From Synergistales bacterium (GTDB lineage Bacteria; Synergistota; Synergistia; Synergistales; JAFGMB01), in assembly GCA_963666205.1 (NCBI GenBank), contig OY762654.1, forward strand, positions 1 to 64,000: 64,000 nucleotides of DNA. Reading direction: 5' to 3'. Made by a program: the position numbers and the translations under genes. Shown here in pieces: positions 38,075-48,197 of this stretch. The notes beneath the pieces were generated by a model. That model worked only from the letters and a program-made list of their open reading frames with translations. It was not told the DNA's origin and made no database searches. Position 1 is the stretch's first letter. Each line of letters opens with the position of its first letter.

Positions 38075-39482
38075 AGAGTATCGAACAATATCTGATCTTT
38101 CGGGCCCGCTCCTGGTAGTTCAAAAGACCAAGGCAGTCCGTTATGATGAGCTGGTTGAAATAGAACTTGCCAATGGAGAAAATCGAAGAGGCAGGGTCCT
38201 TGAAATTTCTTCAGACCAGGCTCTAGTTCAGGTGTTTGAGGGAACCGACAGCATCGACATTCAGAATACCAAGATTCGGTTCCTTGGAAAAGTACTGGAA
38301 CTGCCTGTCAGCAGAGACATGCTCGGAAGAGTTTTCAATGGCAGAGGTGCACCTATGGACGGCGGTTCTCCTGTTATTTCCGAAAAAAAGGTTGACATCA
38401 ACGGCATTCCGATGAATCCTTACTCCAGAGATTTTCCTTCCGAATTTGTCCAGACTGGAATATCAACTATTGATGGAATGAATCCCATGGTTCGTGGCCA
38501 GAAGCTCCCCATCTTTTCAGGTAGTGGACTTCCTCATAACAGAATGGCTGCCCAGATTGCAAGACAGGCTTCTGTTATCAGCGGACACGAAGACTTTGCA
38601 GTAGTTTTCGCAGCTATGGGTATCACCTTTGAAGAAGCGTTTTTCTTCATGGAAGATTTCAGAAAAACCGGTGCTATTCAGCGTACGGTAATGTTCGTCA
38701 ATCTTGCAGATGATCCTGCAATTGAACGTATTACAACTCCCCGATTAGCCCTGACCGCTGCTGAATATCTGGCATTTGAGCAGGATATGCATGTTGTTGT
38801 GATATTGACAGACCTCACAAATTACTGTGAAGCTCTTCGAGAAATATCAGCTGCGCGTAAAGAGGTTCCCGGGCGTCGTGGTTATCCTGGGTATCTCTAC
38901 ACTGACCTTGCTACGATGTACGAAAGAGCCGGGAGGCTCAAAGGCAGGAAGGGTTCTATTACCCAGATACCAATCCTTACAATGCCTGAAGATGACAAGA
39001 CCCATCCTATCCCCGACCTTACTGGATACATCACCGAAGGGCAGATAATTCTTAACAGGGCACTGCACAGAAAAGGTATCTATCCGCCTGTCGATGTAAT
39101 GCCATCCCTTTCCAGGTTAAAGGATAAGGGTATAGGCAAGGAGAAGACCAGAGAAGATCATGCAGACCTTATGAACCAGCTCTTTGCCGCTTATGCACGA
39201 GGCAAAGAAGCCAAGGAGCTTGCTGTTATACTGGGTGAAGGTGCTCTAACAGAAGAGGATAAGGCTTTTGCTAAATTTACAGATGAATTTGAGGACTCCT
39301 ATGTACGTCAGGGTGAATATGAAAACCGCACGATTCAAGAGACCCTTGAACTCGGATGGAATCTTCTTACCATGATACCTGTTAAGGAGCTCAAGAGGAT
39401 AAGGGATGCTTATCTCGAGAAGTATCTTATGCCTAGGCTGACAAAAGAGGAGACAACCGAAGAAGCAGCGGTTTCTGAATAG
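38064..39482 (+). CDS. ntpB: V/A-type ATPase subunit B
   Basis: [46 protein letters not shown]. Confidence 0.96.
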   Translation: MLPKEYRTISDLSGPLLVVQKTKAVRYDELVEIELANGENRRGRVLEISSDQALVQVFEGTDSIDIQNTKIRFLGKVLELPVSRDMLGRVFNGRGAPMDGGSPVISEKKVDINGIPMNPYSRDFPSEFVQTGISTIDGMNPMVRGQKLPIFSGSGLPHNRMAAQIARQASVISGHEDFAVVFAAMGITFEEAFFFMEDFRKTGAIQRTVMFVNLADDPAIERITTPRLALTAAEYLAFEQDMHVVVILTDLTNYCEALREISAARKEVPGRRGYPGYLYTDLATMYERAGRLKGRKGSITQIPILTMPEDDKTHPIPDLTGYITEGQIILNRALHRKGIYPPVDVMPSLSRLKDKGIGKEKTREDHADLMNQLFAAYARGKEAKELAVILGEGALTEEDKAFAKFTDEFEDSYVRQGEYENRTIQETLELGWNLLTMIPVKELKRIRDAYLEKYLMPRLTKEETTEEAAVSE

Positions 39483-39493
39483 GGGCGAATGAG

Positions 39494-40117
39494 ATGGCAA
39501 AACTAAATGTCAACCCCAACAGAATGGAGTTATCAAGGCTAAAAAAACGTCTTGTAACGGCCAAAAGGGGACATAAACTGCTCAAGGATAAACAGGATGC
39601 ATTGATAAAGGCTTTTCTTGAGCGTGCCCGTGAGGCCAGGACTCTTAGGGAAGACCTTGAAAAGGAGCTTATGAATTGTTACAAAAGTTTTCTTCTTGCA
39701 AGAGCTCAGACACTTCCTGCCATGCTTGAACAGGCTCTGATGATACCTGGAACAACATGTAATCTTCATGTAAGCACCAAAAATGTTATGAGTGTAATTG
39801 TTCCAGAGTATCAGTTTGAACAAGAGGGTAGTGCTCTTAACTATGGTCTTGCGAGTTCTTTGGGCAGCCTGGACGTTGCCCTTGAAAGCTTTACTAAACT
39901 TATGCCGAAGCTGATCACACTAGCTGCAAAGGAAAAGGCTATTAAGCTCATGGCCACAGAGATAGAAAAAACCCGTAGAAGGGTTAACGCTCTGGAACAT
40001 GTAATGATACCCAATTTTATTGAAACCATCAAATACATTACTATGAAGCTTGATGAACAGGAAAGGTCAACCCTTAGCAGGTTAATGAAAATCAAAGAGA
40101 TAGTAAGATCACATTAA
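39494..40117 (+). CDS. ntpD: V/A-type ATPase subunit D
   Basis: NPNRMEL, RGHKLLKDK, KTRRRVNALE. Confidence 0.95.
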   Translation: MAKLNVNPNRMELSRLKKRLVTAKRGHKLLKDKQDALIKAFLERAREARTLREDLEKELMNCYKSFLLARAQTLPAMLEQALMIPGTTCNLHVSTKNVMSVIVPEYQFEQEGSALNYGLASSLGSLDVALESFTKLMPKLITLAAKEKAIKLMATEIEKTRRRVNALEHVMIPNFIETIKYITMKLDEQERSTLSRLMKIKEIVRSH

Positions 40118-40139
40118 CTCCTTTTCATTATGTTGTTTT

Positions 40140-40175
40140 AACCGACCACAGGGTGATTCCCCTCTGGTCGGTTTT
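40140..40175 (+). terminator. Terminator after the ATPase operon
   Basis: AACCGACCACAGGG...CCCTCTGGTCGGTTTT. Confidence 0.7.
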
Positions 40176-40226
40176 ACTTTTGACTTTTTACTATAATATT
40201 AAAACAGACAAAATGGTAAAATTATT

Positions 40227-40573
40227 GTAGGAGCATTTAAAGTGACCGCTGCCTGTTAAGCAGGGGGAGGAAAGTCCGGGCTCCACAGGGCAGGACGCTG
40301 GGTAATACCCAGTTGGTGTGAACCAAAGGAAAGTGCCACAGAAATATACCGCCCCTCCTTTTAGAAGGAGGGGTAAGGGTGAAAAGGTGGGGCAAGAGCC
40401 CACCGGACACCAGGTGACTGGTGTGCCAGGTAAACCCCGTCCGGAGCAAGGCCGAATAGGGGAGGGAGAGGTGGCCCGCTGACTCCCGGGTACGGCCGCT
40501 CGAGGATATTCGCGAGGATATCCCTAGATAAATGGTCACAAAGTACAGAACCCGGCTTATTAAATGCTCCTAC
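40227..40573 (+). ncRNA. rnpB: RNase P RNA (bacterial, type A-like)
   Basis: GAGGAAAGTCCGGGCTCC, GGAAAGTGCCACAGAAA, GGTAAACCCC, ACAGAACCCGGCTTAT; termini GTAGGAGCATTTAA/TTAAATGCTCCTAC pair as P1. Confidence 0.96.
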
Positions 40574-40657
40574 ATTTTATTTACATTAGGTATGCATATT
40601 TGTCAAAGTCTTATATATAGTCTTTAATTTTATGGTGTATTAAAATAATAAATCAAA

Positions 40658-40710
40658 AATGAGCCTTTAGGACTATCTTTTAGAAGAAAAGATAGTCCTA
40701 AAGGCTCATT
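40658..40710. terminator. 24-bp perfect inverted repeat between rnpB and mraZ
   Basis: AATGAGCCTTTAGGACTATCTTTT-AGAAG-AAAAGATAGTCCTAAAGGCTCATT, followed by CATTTTTT. Confidence 0.7.
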
Positions 40711-40733
40711 CATTTTTTAATAAGGGTGCTAGG

Positions 40734-40768
40734 GTGGGAGAAAGTGGGGAAAAATGTTATATAGTGGG
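40734..40768 (+). promoter_or_regulatory. MraZ-binding direct repeats
   Basis: GTGGG at 40734, 40744 and 40764 (10-bp register) directly upstream of mraZ. Confidence 0.8.
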
Positions 40769-40776
40769 GGAAAATT

Positions 40777-41202
40777 ATGCTGGTTGGTACTTACGACCAT
40801 AGACTGGATTCCAAAGGGAGACTTGTCCTTCCTGTCCGCTTCAGACAGGAGTTGGGAGCAGTTGTGGTCTGTACCATCGGAATAGATAGATGTATTTCTT
40901 TGTATGCAATCGAAAAATGGGAAAAGATGCTTGAAAAACTTCAGAAGTTGCCATTTTCGAAGGGGAAATCCAGAGATCTTATGAGGCTTATTCTTTCAAA
41001 CGCCAGTGAACTTCAGGTGGATTCAGCTGGAAGAATTCTTGTACCTGCGATTCTAAGGGAACATGCACATCTGGAAGCTGATATTTCACTATTAGGTGTA
41101 AGTGATCATCTGGAGTTATGGGACAGGAATCTGTGGCTTGAATACCGGAACAGGGTCATGGATGTCCTGCCAGAGATAGCAGAGGAAGTGGAAGGATTTT
41201 GA
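40777..41202 (+). CDS. mraZ: Division/cell-wall cluster transcriptional repressor
   Basis: LDSKGRL.LP..FR and VDSAGRILVP repeats. Confidence 0.95.
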   Translation: MLVGTYDHRLDSKGRLVLPVRFRQELGAVVVCTIGIDRCISLYAIEKWEKMLEKLQKLPFSKGKSRDLMRLILSNASELQVDSAGRILVPAILREHAHLEADISLLGVSDHLELWDRNLWLEYRNRVMDVLPEIAEEVEGF

Positions 41203-42137
41203 TAGAACATTTGCCAGTATTGATAGAGAAGGTAATTTATTATCTAGAACTTCTATCCACTGTAGATACGGTGGTGGATTCAACTCTGGGTTTAGGAGGA
41301 TATTCAGAAACGATCCTCAATCATTTTGAGGGTTCGAGAGTACTTGGAATAGATCAGGATCTTCATGCTATTGATAAAGCAAAAGAAAGATTATCAGATT
41401 TTAAAGGAAGATTCATTCCTGTTCATGGGAATTTCAGGGATCTTCCCATTCTGACACAAGCGGTTAAAGATAGGATAAGTGCTGTTGTATTTGATTTGGG
41501 AGTTTCTAACCTCCAATTGACAGTAGCTGAACGGGGTTTTTCTTTTCAGAATGAAGGCCCTCTTGATATGAGGATGGATAATAGTTCCTCGAATGAAGAA
41601 CTCACTGCTTGGGATGTTATAAATACATACGATTCGGAAGAATTGACAAAGATCTTCAGAGAATATGGTGAAGATAGAAATGCATCAAGAATAGCCTCAG
41701 GTATTGTTAAATATCGACAGACTAAGGGGAGAATAGACACTACAACTGATCTTGTTACAGTAATTAGGTCAATTCTGCCTGCACCTTTACAGAGGAAGAT
41801 GGGAGGACATCCGGCGAGGAAAGTCTTTCAAGCATTAAGAATATATATCAATCAGGAAATATCCGCGATAGATCAAGGACTTGATGGGTCTGTACACTGT
41901 TGCGGATCAGGAGGAATGATCATCGTGATCAGTTATCATTCTCTTGAAGACAGGATAGTCAAACACAAATTCAAAGAATGGAAGAGCAATGGATGGGGAC
42001 ATATCCTTACAAAGAAACCAGTGGTCCCTGATGATGATGAAATATCTTCCAATTACAAGGCTCGAAGTGCCAAACTGAGGGTTTTCCAGAAAAAGGATAT
42101 AAGTCAGCAGGAGAACCAGGGGATATTCTTTGATTGA
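41199..42137 (+). CDS. rsmH: 16S rRNA m4C1402 methyltransferase
   Basis: HLPVL, DSTLGLGG, DLGVS..QL...RGFSF, GPLDMRM, FQALRI, SYHSLEDR, ARSAKLR. Confidence 0.95.
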   Translation: MIEHLPVLIEKVIYYLELLSTVDTVVDSTLGLGGYSETILNHFEGSRVLGIDQDLHAIDKAKERLSDFKGRFIPVHGNFRDLPILTQAVKDRISAVVFDLGVSNLQLTVAERGFSFQNEGPLDMRMDNSSSNEELTAWDVINTYDSEELTKIFREYGEDRNASRIASGIVKYRQTKGRIDTTTDLVTVIRSILPAPLQRKMGGHPARKVFQALRIYINQEISAIDQGLDGSVHCCGSGGMIIVISYHSLEDRIVKHKFKEWKSNGWGHILTKKPVVPDDDEISSNYKARSAKLRVFQKKDISQQENQGIFFD

Positions 42138-42152
42138 CAGGAGGTGGATGTA

Positions 42153-42575
42153 ATGTATGCCCAGTACACTGCAGTTACAAGTGATAATGTAAAACGTGGC
42201 AGTCTGATTTGCTCAACCCTTTTATTTTTTGTTATTATAGCCGGGATGTTGATTCTGGGGTTGGGAGCATTGCGTTTTTACAGTTTTCGGCTGGAATGTC
42301 AACTTGCACAGATCAATGATAGAATTACATATTACGAAAAGAATATTTCACGGTATGAGCAACACATGGCAACCTTGAAATCGCCTTCGCGTATTCACAC
42401 TTTTGCTTCTGTCAATCTGGGCATGCAGGGAACATCCAATATTGCTACAGTTACTGTTGCATCAGGTTCCAATGCCAACAAGAATAAACAATTTGACTTT
42501 GCTTTTATCGAACAAAACAACGGTCTTTTCAAACTCATGAATTTCTTCTCAACACGAGCCAACGCAAATGACTGA
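42153..42575 (+). CDS. ftsL: FtsL-like cell division protein
   Basis: Single TM plus coiled coil, L.SP.RI..A..NLGM; lies between rsmH and the PBP gene. Confidence 0.7.
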   Translation: MYAQYTAVTSDNVKRGSLICSTLLFFVIIAGMLILGLGALRFYSFRLECQLAQINDRITYYEKNISRYEQHMATLKSPSRIHTFASVNLGMQGTSNIATVTVASGSNANKNKQFDFAFIEQNNGLFKLMNFFSTRANAND

Positions 42576-42626
42576 TGATTGAATCTATTCAGATTTCTTC
42601 CAATTGAAAGGGGCATCAATTGATCA

Positions 42627-44312
42627 TTGCAGAAGAGAATATTCTCAAGCCCCTGGCTCTGGCTGCTCTTGCTGTTCCTGGTAGTATTTCTCCGCCTCCT
42701 GTTCGTTCATTGCTGGCCTGATCCAAGGATAAGCAGTCAGTCGATAAAACAGTATTGGGCTAATATCAGTATTAGTACAAGTAGGGGTATTATCCTTGAC
42801 TCCAAAGGAAATATATTGGCGCATTCAGTTCCTTCGTACAGCTTTTTCGTTGATCCCAAATTCTGGAATACTTCCAATTCGGGAAAGCTTGGCAACCTTG
42901 TCCCTGACAAGGTTATCAAAGACCTTTCCCGAAATCTCCCGGGCAGGTTTTACCCTGTTCTGAGAAAGGTTGGAATTGAAAGGGCTGACATGATAATGGA
43001 CCTTAACTTGCCAGGTCTATATTCCGTGAGTGAAAAACAAAGACTTTATCCGAACAAAACCCTCCTGGCGCACATCCTCGGGTTTTGTAATATTGATGAC
43101 CATGGCCAGTCTGGTCTTGAATTGCTATGGGATTCAGTTCTTTATTCCCCCCCAGAAACTAAAATTCTGGTCAAGGATCCTTCTGGCCAAAGAGTTAATT
43201 TAGCAGATATAGCAACTAACCAAAGGCAGGATCAAAATGCTGATGTAAATCTTACTGTTGATAGTACACTACAGTATATAATTGAGAATCGACTAGAAGA
43301 AGGTGCTCTCCTGAATGGAGCAAAATGGGCAGCAGCTATCTGCATGGATCCAGAAACAGGAGCAATTCTTTCAATGGCTAGCTGGCCTTTTTATGATCCT
43401 AACAAAAGAAGTACTTTTAATAGAGAAGACCATCTTTTGAACAATGCTATCGGACGAGTTTATGAACCGGGGTCTACCTTCAAACCGATAATTATGGGTT
43501 TATCTCTTGAAAAAAAACTGGTTAGCAGAAATGAGCATTTTATGTGTGCTCAGCGTATCAGGGTAGCAGATAAAGTAGTATCAGATCCTAAGGCTTACGG
43601 CAAATTAAGCCTGGATCAGCTTATAATTAAATCTTCCAATGTGGGAATGTCACAGATAGGGATAAGATTTAATCCTTTTGATACATATAATTCTTTGATA
43701 TCATGGGGTTTTGGCAATAAACCCGGGATAGAACTGCCTGGAGTCGAGAAAGGTCTATTACCCCCTCCAGATCAGTGGAGAGGTGTGGTCCCTGCTAACA
43801 TAGCCATAGGGCAGGGAATAGCAGTTACACCTTTACAATTAATAACGGCAATTTCAGCCATTGCAAATGGAGGACATCTACTGAAACCTTTCATCGTCAA
43901 CTCGGCCAGAGATTCTTCAGGGACTCTGGTTTATACGGGTTCGAGAAAGGAAGTCGCTACTGTACTATCTACAGATACTGCGAATTGGTTGAAATCTGTA
44001 TTAAGGGAAGTCGTGCTTAAGGGAACAGGAACACTTGTTAACACTGAACTAGTACCAATTGCTGGAAAGACTGGAACTGCTCAAGTGGCAAGGAGAGGAA
44101 TCTATGAAAAGGGTAAATGGGTTTCCTCTTTTGTTGGATTCTGGCCCTACGAGAATCCACAGTTTTCAATGCTTATAGTGATTGGTGAGCCTTCCAAGGG
44201 GAAATATTATGGCAGTACAGTTGCTGGTCCTGTTTTCCGGAATATTGTTGAGGATATGTACAGAATGGAAAAACACAGGCCTTATTCTGGAAAGGAAATA
44301 AAACAATGGTGA
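42627..44312 (+). CDS. ftsI: Class B penicillin-binding protein (FtsI/PBP3-like)
   Basis: RG.I.D, EPGSTFK (SxxK), SSN (SxN), KTGTAQ. Confidence 0.9.
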   Translation: MQKRIFSSPWLWLLLLFLVVFLRLLFVHCWPDPRISSQSIKQYWANISISTSRGIILDSKGNILAHSVPSYSFFVDPKFWNTSNSGKLGNLVPDKVIKDLSRNLPGRFYPVLRKVGIERADMIMDLNLPGLYSVSEKQRLYPNKTLLAHILGFCNIDDHGQSGLELLWDSVLYSPPETKILVKDPSGQRVNLADIATNQRQDQNADVNLTVDSTLQYIIENRLEEGALLNGAKWAAAICMDPETGAILSMASWPFYDPNKRSTFNREDHLLNNAIGRVYEPGSTFKPIIMGLSLEKKLVSRNEHFMCAQRIRVADKVVSDPKAYGKLSLDQLIIKSSNVGMSQIGIRFNPFDTYNSLISWGFGNKPGIELPGVEKGLLPPPDQWRGVVPANIAIGQGIAVTPLQLITAISAIANGGHLLKPFIVNSARDSSGTLVYTGSRKEVATVLSTDTANWLKSVLREVVLKGTGTLVNTELVPIAGKTGTAQVARRGIYEKGKWVSSFVGFWPYENPQFSMLIVIGEPSKGKYYGSTVAGPVFRNIVEDMYRMEKHRPYSGKEIKQW

Positions 44313-45826
44313 CCTTAAAAGAAATCTTATTATTTATGGATTCAAGAAATCTAAAATATATCGTTCATACTGAAACTAACCCAAAGTGTATTGATCAAGA
44401 TCTCAAAGATGTATTTTCTGATAGTAGGTTGGTGACCCCTGGTAGTATGTTCTGTTGTGTAAAGGGAAACCATGTGGATGGTCATGATTTTGTATCTGAT
44501 GCCTGTAAAAATGGATGTGTTGTCATTTTATGTGAAAAACAACTTAATGTAAATGTAACCCAGATCATTGTTCCATCTGTAAGGGAGACCATGGGTTTTG
44601 TTGCTTCCTTTATCTATGGGAATCCTTCATCACGGATGTTGATGGTTGCCGTAACTGGAACAAACGGAAAGAGCACCACAACATATATGATAAAAAGCAT
44701 TCTGGATGAATGTGGTATCAAGACGGGAATTCTGGGTACAATTCTTTACAATGACGGGCATAATGAAATTCTCTCAAGCAGGACAACTCCCGAGAGTTGT
44801 GATGTTCAAAGATATCTCCATAATATGGTCATAAATGGATGCAAAGCATGTGTAATGGAGGCATCTTCCCATGGACTGGTTCAGGGGAGACTTAATGGGT
44901 GTCTTTTCGATACTGGCGTATTTACTAATATAACCCCGGAGCATCTTGATTATCATAAGACCATTAAAAACTATTTCAATGCCAAGAGATCCCTTTTTAC
45001 CTCTTATATGAAGGATAACTGGAAGGGTTCCGTCAATTTAGATGATACCTTTGGCAGAATTCTTTTCAATGAGTTTCCTGAAAGGTTTATTCCATATGGC
45101 CTTTGCTGCGATACTAATGAAAAAACATTAACAGCCGAAACTCTGGATATGTCTATTGAGGGGCTCGAGTTCAACCTGAAGTTACCTTCCGGAGGGCATA
45201 TCAATAATATCAAAGTTCCATTAACCGGGAGATACAATATTTACAATGTCCTTGCCAGTATTGGTGCGGTTTTTCCAATGCATATAGCCGATGAATTAAT
45301 ACGGGGTGCTCTGAAAAATATGCCACAGGTTCCGGGAAGACTCGAAAAATTCCTTTTTCACAATGGGATCTGTTGTGTGATTGATTATGCCCACACTCCT
45401 GATGCCCTTCAGAATGTTCTCAAGGCATTGAGAGAAGTTGCATCGGGGCAATTAACAGTAGTGTTCGGTCTTGGAGGCAATCGATACAGAGAAAATCGAC
45501 CCATAATGGGTAAAACGGCAGCACGGTTTGCAGACAAGATCATCGTAACAATGGATAATCCAAGAGATGAGGATCCTGAACAAATAGCAGATCAGATTAT
45601 CGATGGAATAGTGTCCTCGGATGTTAAAGTGACACCTTATGAGGTTATAATTGATCGCAAAAAAGCTGTTCATTTTGCCTTGGATTCAGCCAGCAGTTCA
45701 GATGTTGTTCTTGTCGCGGGAAAGGGACCTGAGAGATTTATAATCTGGGGAAACGATAGGATTCCTTACAATGATACAGAGACCGTTAAGAACTGGGCTG
45801 ATTCCAGGTCTCTTGGTTGGAATTGA
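44306..45826 (+). CDS. murE: UDP-MurNAc-L-Ala-D-Glu--meso-DAP ligase
   Basis: TGTNGKST, TTPE, MEASSH, DYAHTPD, DNPR (meso-DAP-type). Confidence 0.94.
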   Translation: MVTLKEILLFMDSRNLKYIVHTETNPKCIDQDLKDVFSDSRLVTPGSMFCCVKGNHVDGHDFVSDACKNGCVVILCEKQLNVNVTQIIVPSVRETMGFVASFIYGNPSSRMLMVAVTGTNGKSTTTYMIKSILDECGIKTGILGTILYNDGHNEILSSRTTPESCDVQRYLHNMVINGCKACVMEASSHGLVQGRLNGCLFDTGVFTNITPEHLDYHKTIKNYFNAKRSLFTSYMKDNWKGSVNLDDTFGRILFNEFPERFIPYGLCCDTNEKTLTAETLDMSIEGLEFNLKLPSGGHINNIKVPLTGRYNIYNVLASIGAVFPMHIADELIRGALKNMPQVPGRLEKFLFHNGICCVIDYAHTPDALQNVLKALREVASGQLTVVFGLGGNRYRENRPIMGKTAARFADKIIVTMDNPRDEDPEQIADQIIDGIVSSDVKVTPYEVIIDRKKAVHFALDSASSSDVVLVAGKGPERFIIWGNDRIPYNDTETVKNWADSRSLGWN

Positions 45827-47211
45827 CCATGTACTTATCAGAGTTCACAACGTCCACTAATATAGAATATCGAGGACCGAATATTAAACTTCCTCTTGAA
45901 ATATCCATTGATAGCAGGACATTGAATGAAGGACAGATCTTTCTGGCTTTAAAAGGTGAAAATACTGATGGCCATCTATATATCAAGGAGGCAGTAGATA
46001 ATGGTGCCATTGGAATTATTGCTCAGGCAGGTTGTTTTGATCTATCCCTGATACCTTCTTTTCTCTCTTGTATTATTGTAGATGATACCTCTACTTTTAT
46101 TACTGAATTGGCGTTACAATATCTTGAATATGCAGCACCAGAAGAAGTAATTGCAATAACTGGAAGTGTAGGAAAGACAACAACAAGAGATCTAATACGG
46201 GAACTGTTGAAACTGAAGTACAGAGTACATGGTCCAATATCCAGTTTCAACACCAGACTTGGATGCTCTCTCACAGTGCTGTCGATGCCTTGTGATTCCC
46301 AGGTGTTAATTCTGGAAATGGGAACAAATTCTCCTGGAGAGATAGAAGAAATGACATCACTCTTCAGGCCTACCGTATCTGTAATTACTGAAGTAACGGA
46401 AGCTCATCTGTCCGGACTTATCAACCTGGAAGGAGTTCTGAAAGCCAAACTGGAGATAACTTCCTCCCCCAGACTTACCCATTTGTTTTACAATTCCGAT
46501 AATAAAAAACTCATGAAAGGGGTACAGAATCTTTCCCTTTCATGTAAGACTACTTCTATAGGTTTCCGGACTGGCGATATCCGCATAGAGCAGCCTAAGT
46601 TCTCTTTACATGAAGGGAAACCAAGGCTTTCTTTTTTCCTGGAGGGAGATAATTTATCTCTGGAGATTGTTTCTGGATTATTTGGGACACATCAGGCCAG
46701 ATGTTTAGCCGTTGCTTCAGCAGTTGCAATTGAAATGGGAGTATCGACACAGATGATTGCTTCAAAATCATCTTCTTTCGTTTCGCCGAAAGGACGAGGA
46801 GAAATAGTCTTATTGTCTGGAAATATCGTAATAATTGATGATTCATATAATGCTAATCCTGCTTCGATGTCAGCTGCTATTTCTACTGTATCTGAACTTA
46901 CCTGGGATGGTAGAAAAATTGCTGTATTGGGAAGTATGAAGGAGCTTGGAGATGTTGTCTTAAAGCAGCATAAGAAGATTGCCGCTAACCTGGATTTTTT
47001 CGAAGAGGTTATCCTCGTTGGATCTGAATGGGAATCTCTTTCAGAAAAAGAAGACAACGGCAATACAAAATCCTTCCTGTTAATGAAAGATTCGAAAGAA
47101 GCATTATCTTACCTCTCCAATAATCTTGAAGACGGAGACATGATTCTGGTCAAAGGATCTCACAGTAATAACCTTGATCTTGTCGTCAAAGGACTGGTGA
47201 AGACAAGATGA
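45817..47211 (+). CDS. murF: UDP-MurNAc-tripeptide--D-Ala-D-Ala ligase
   Basis: IDSR, TGSVGKTTT, LEMG, DDSYNANP.SM, VKGS; start may be ATG 45829. Confidence 0.93.
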   Translation: MELTMYLSEFTTSTNIEYRGPNIKLPLEISIDSRTLNEGQIFLALKGENTDGHLYIKEAVDNGAIGIIAQAGCFDLSLIPSFLSCIIVDDTSTFITELALQYLEYAAPEEVIAITGSVGKTTTRDLIRELLKLKYRVHGPISSFNTRLGCSLTVLSMPCDSQVLILEMGTNSPGEIEEMTSLFRPTVSVITEVTEAHLSGLINLEGVLKAKLEITSSPRLTHLFYNSDNKKLMKGVQNLSLSCKTTSIGFRTGDIRIEQPKFSLHEGKPRLSFFLEGDNLSLEIVSGLFGTHQARCLAVASAVAIEMGVSTQMIASKSSSFVSPKGRGEIVLLSGNIVIIDDSYNANPASMSAAISTVSELTWDGRKIAVLGSMKELGDVVLKQHKKIAANLDFFEEVILVGSEWESLSEKEDNGNTKSFLLMKDSKEALSYLSNNLEDGDMILVKGSHSNNLDLVVKGLVKTR

Positions 47212-48182
47212 ATTTTAATCTATGTCTATTCACAATTCTTGTGTTTCTTTTTTCGATCATCTGTCAATCCTTGTGGATAAAAAGACTAAAAAAGATGGAG
47301 ATCCATCTAGTCCAGAAGGAATACGGTCCCCGGACCCACCTTGAAAGGAAAAGCAAAACTCCAGTTATGGGCGGTATTGTCTTTCTTCTTGTAGTGATGG
47401 TCAGTATTGCTCTTATGACAATGCTTAAGCTGGGATCCCTTTCAGATGTATTATGGATCTGGATCCTCCCCGGAGTATCATCACTAATAGGTCTTTATGA
47501 TGACTGGATGAAGTTTTCTTCAAAGTCCAGTGAAGGTATTAGTAGTCGGAAAAAGCTCTATTTGCAGATTATTGTTTCCCTCATATGGTCAACCTTTTTC
47601 ACTTATACACATGGAGTACAGATTTGGCCAGGTTTTGAAATGCCTTCAAGACTAATGTCAGTAACTCTATTGACCTTTCTGACAGTAGGTATGTTGAATT
47701 CAATGAATGTAACTGATGGACTTGATGGACTTGCATCTGGTTCAACCGTAATCTCCCTTTTCGCCATTTTCATAGCAGGTGACATGGATCCTGTTATAAC
47801 AGTCCCCTGCCTGACTGGTCTTGCTATTACAACTTCTTTCTTATGGCATAATGCTCATCCTGCAAAGGTCTTTATGGGTGATGTGGGATCACATTTTCTG
47901 GGAGCCATTCTTGTGGTCTTATGTTCCTATGGTAACTTTGTCCTTTTTCTTGTCCCTGTAGCTTTCATTTTTGGATTTGAAATGCTTTCAGTATGTATTC
48001 AGCTTATAGCCATCTACTTTTTTAGAAGTAAGGTCTTTCTTATGAGTCCGATACATCACCATTTTGAATTATCGGGATGGAGTGAAAACCAGATTGTAAT
48101 GCGTTTCTGGCTTATCCATGGTATAGGAATTTTATTTTCGTCATTAATCCTTTTCAAGATAGTTTCTTCATTGACAGTTTGA
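47208..48182 (+). CDS. mraY: Phospho-MurNAc-pentapeptide transferase
   Basis: TPVMGG, DD, N.TDGLDGL, FMGDVGS, PIHHHFE. Confidence 0.95.
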   Translation: MNFNLCLFTILVFLFSIICQSLWIKRLKKMEIHLVQKEYGPRTHLERKSKTPVMGGIVFLLVVMVSIALMTMLKLGSLSDVLWIWILPGVSSLIGLYDDWMKFSSKSSEGISSRKKLYLQIIVSLIWSTFFTYTHGVQIWPGFEMPSRLMSVTLLTFLTVGMLNSMNVTDGLDGLASGSTVISLFAIFIAGDMDPVITVPCLTGLAITTSFLWHNAHPAKVFMGDVGSHFLGAILVVLCSYGNFVLFLVPVAFIFGFEMLSVCIQLIAIYFFRSKVFLMSPIHHHFELSGWSENQIVMRFWLIHGIGILFSSLILFKIVSSLTV

Positions 48183-48197
48183 AGGAAGGTTACTGGA

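Noticed and set aside
40237-40539. Minus-strand ORFs over 40191-40539
   Set aside because: They overlap the RNase P RNA gene, which explains the sequence.
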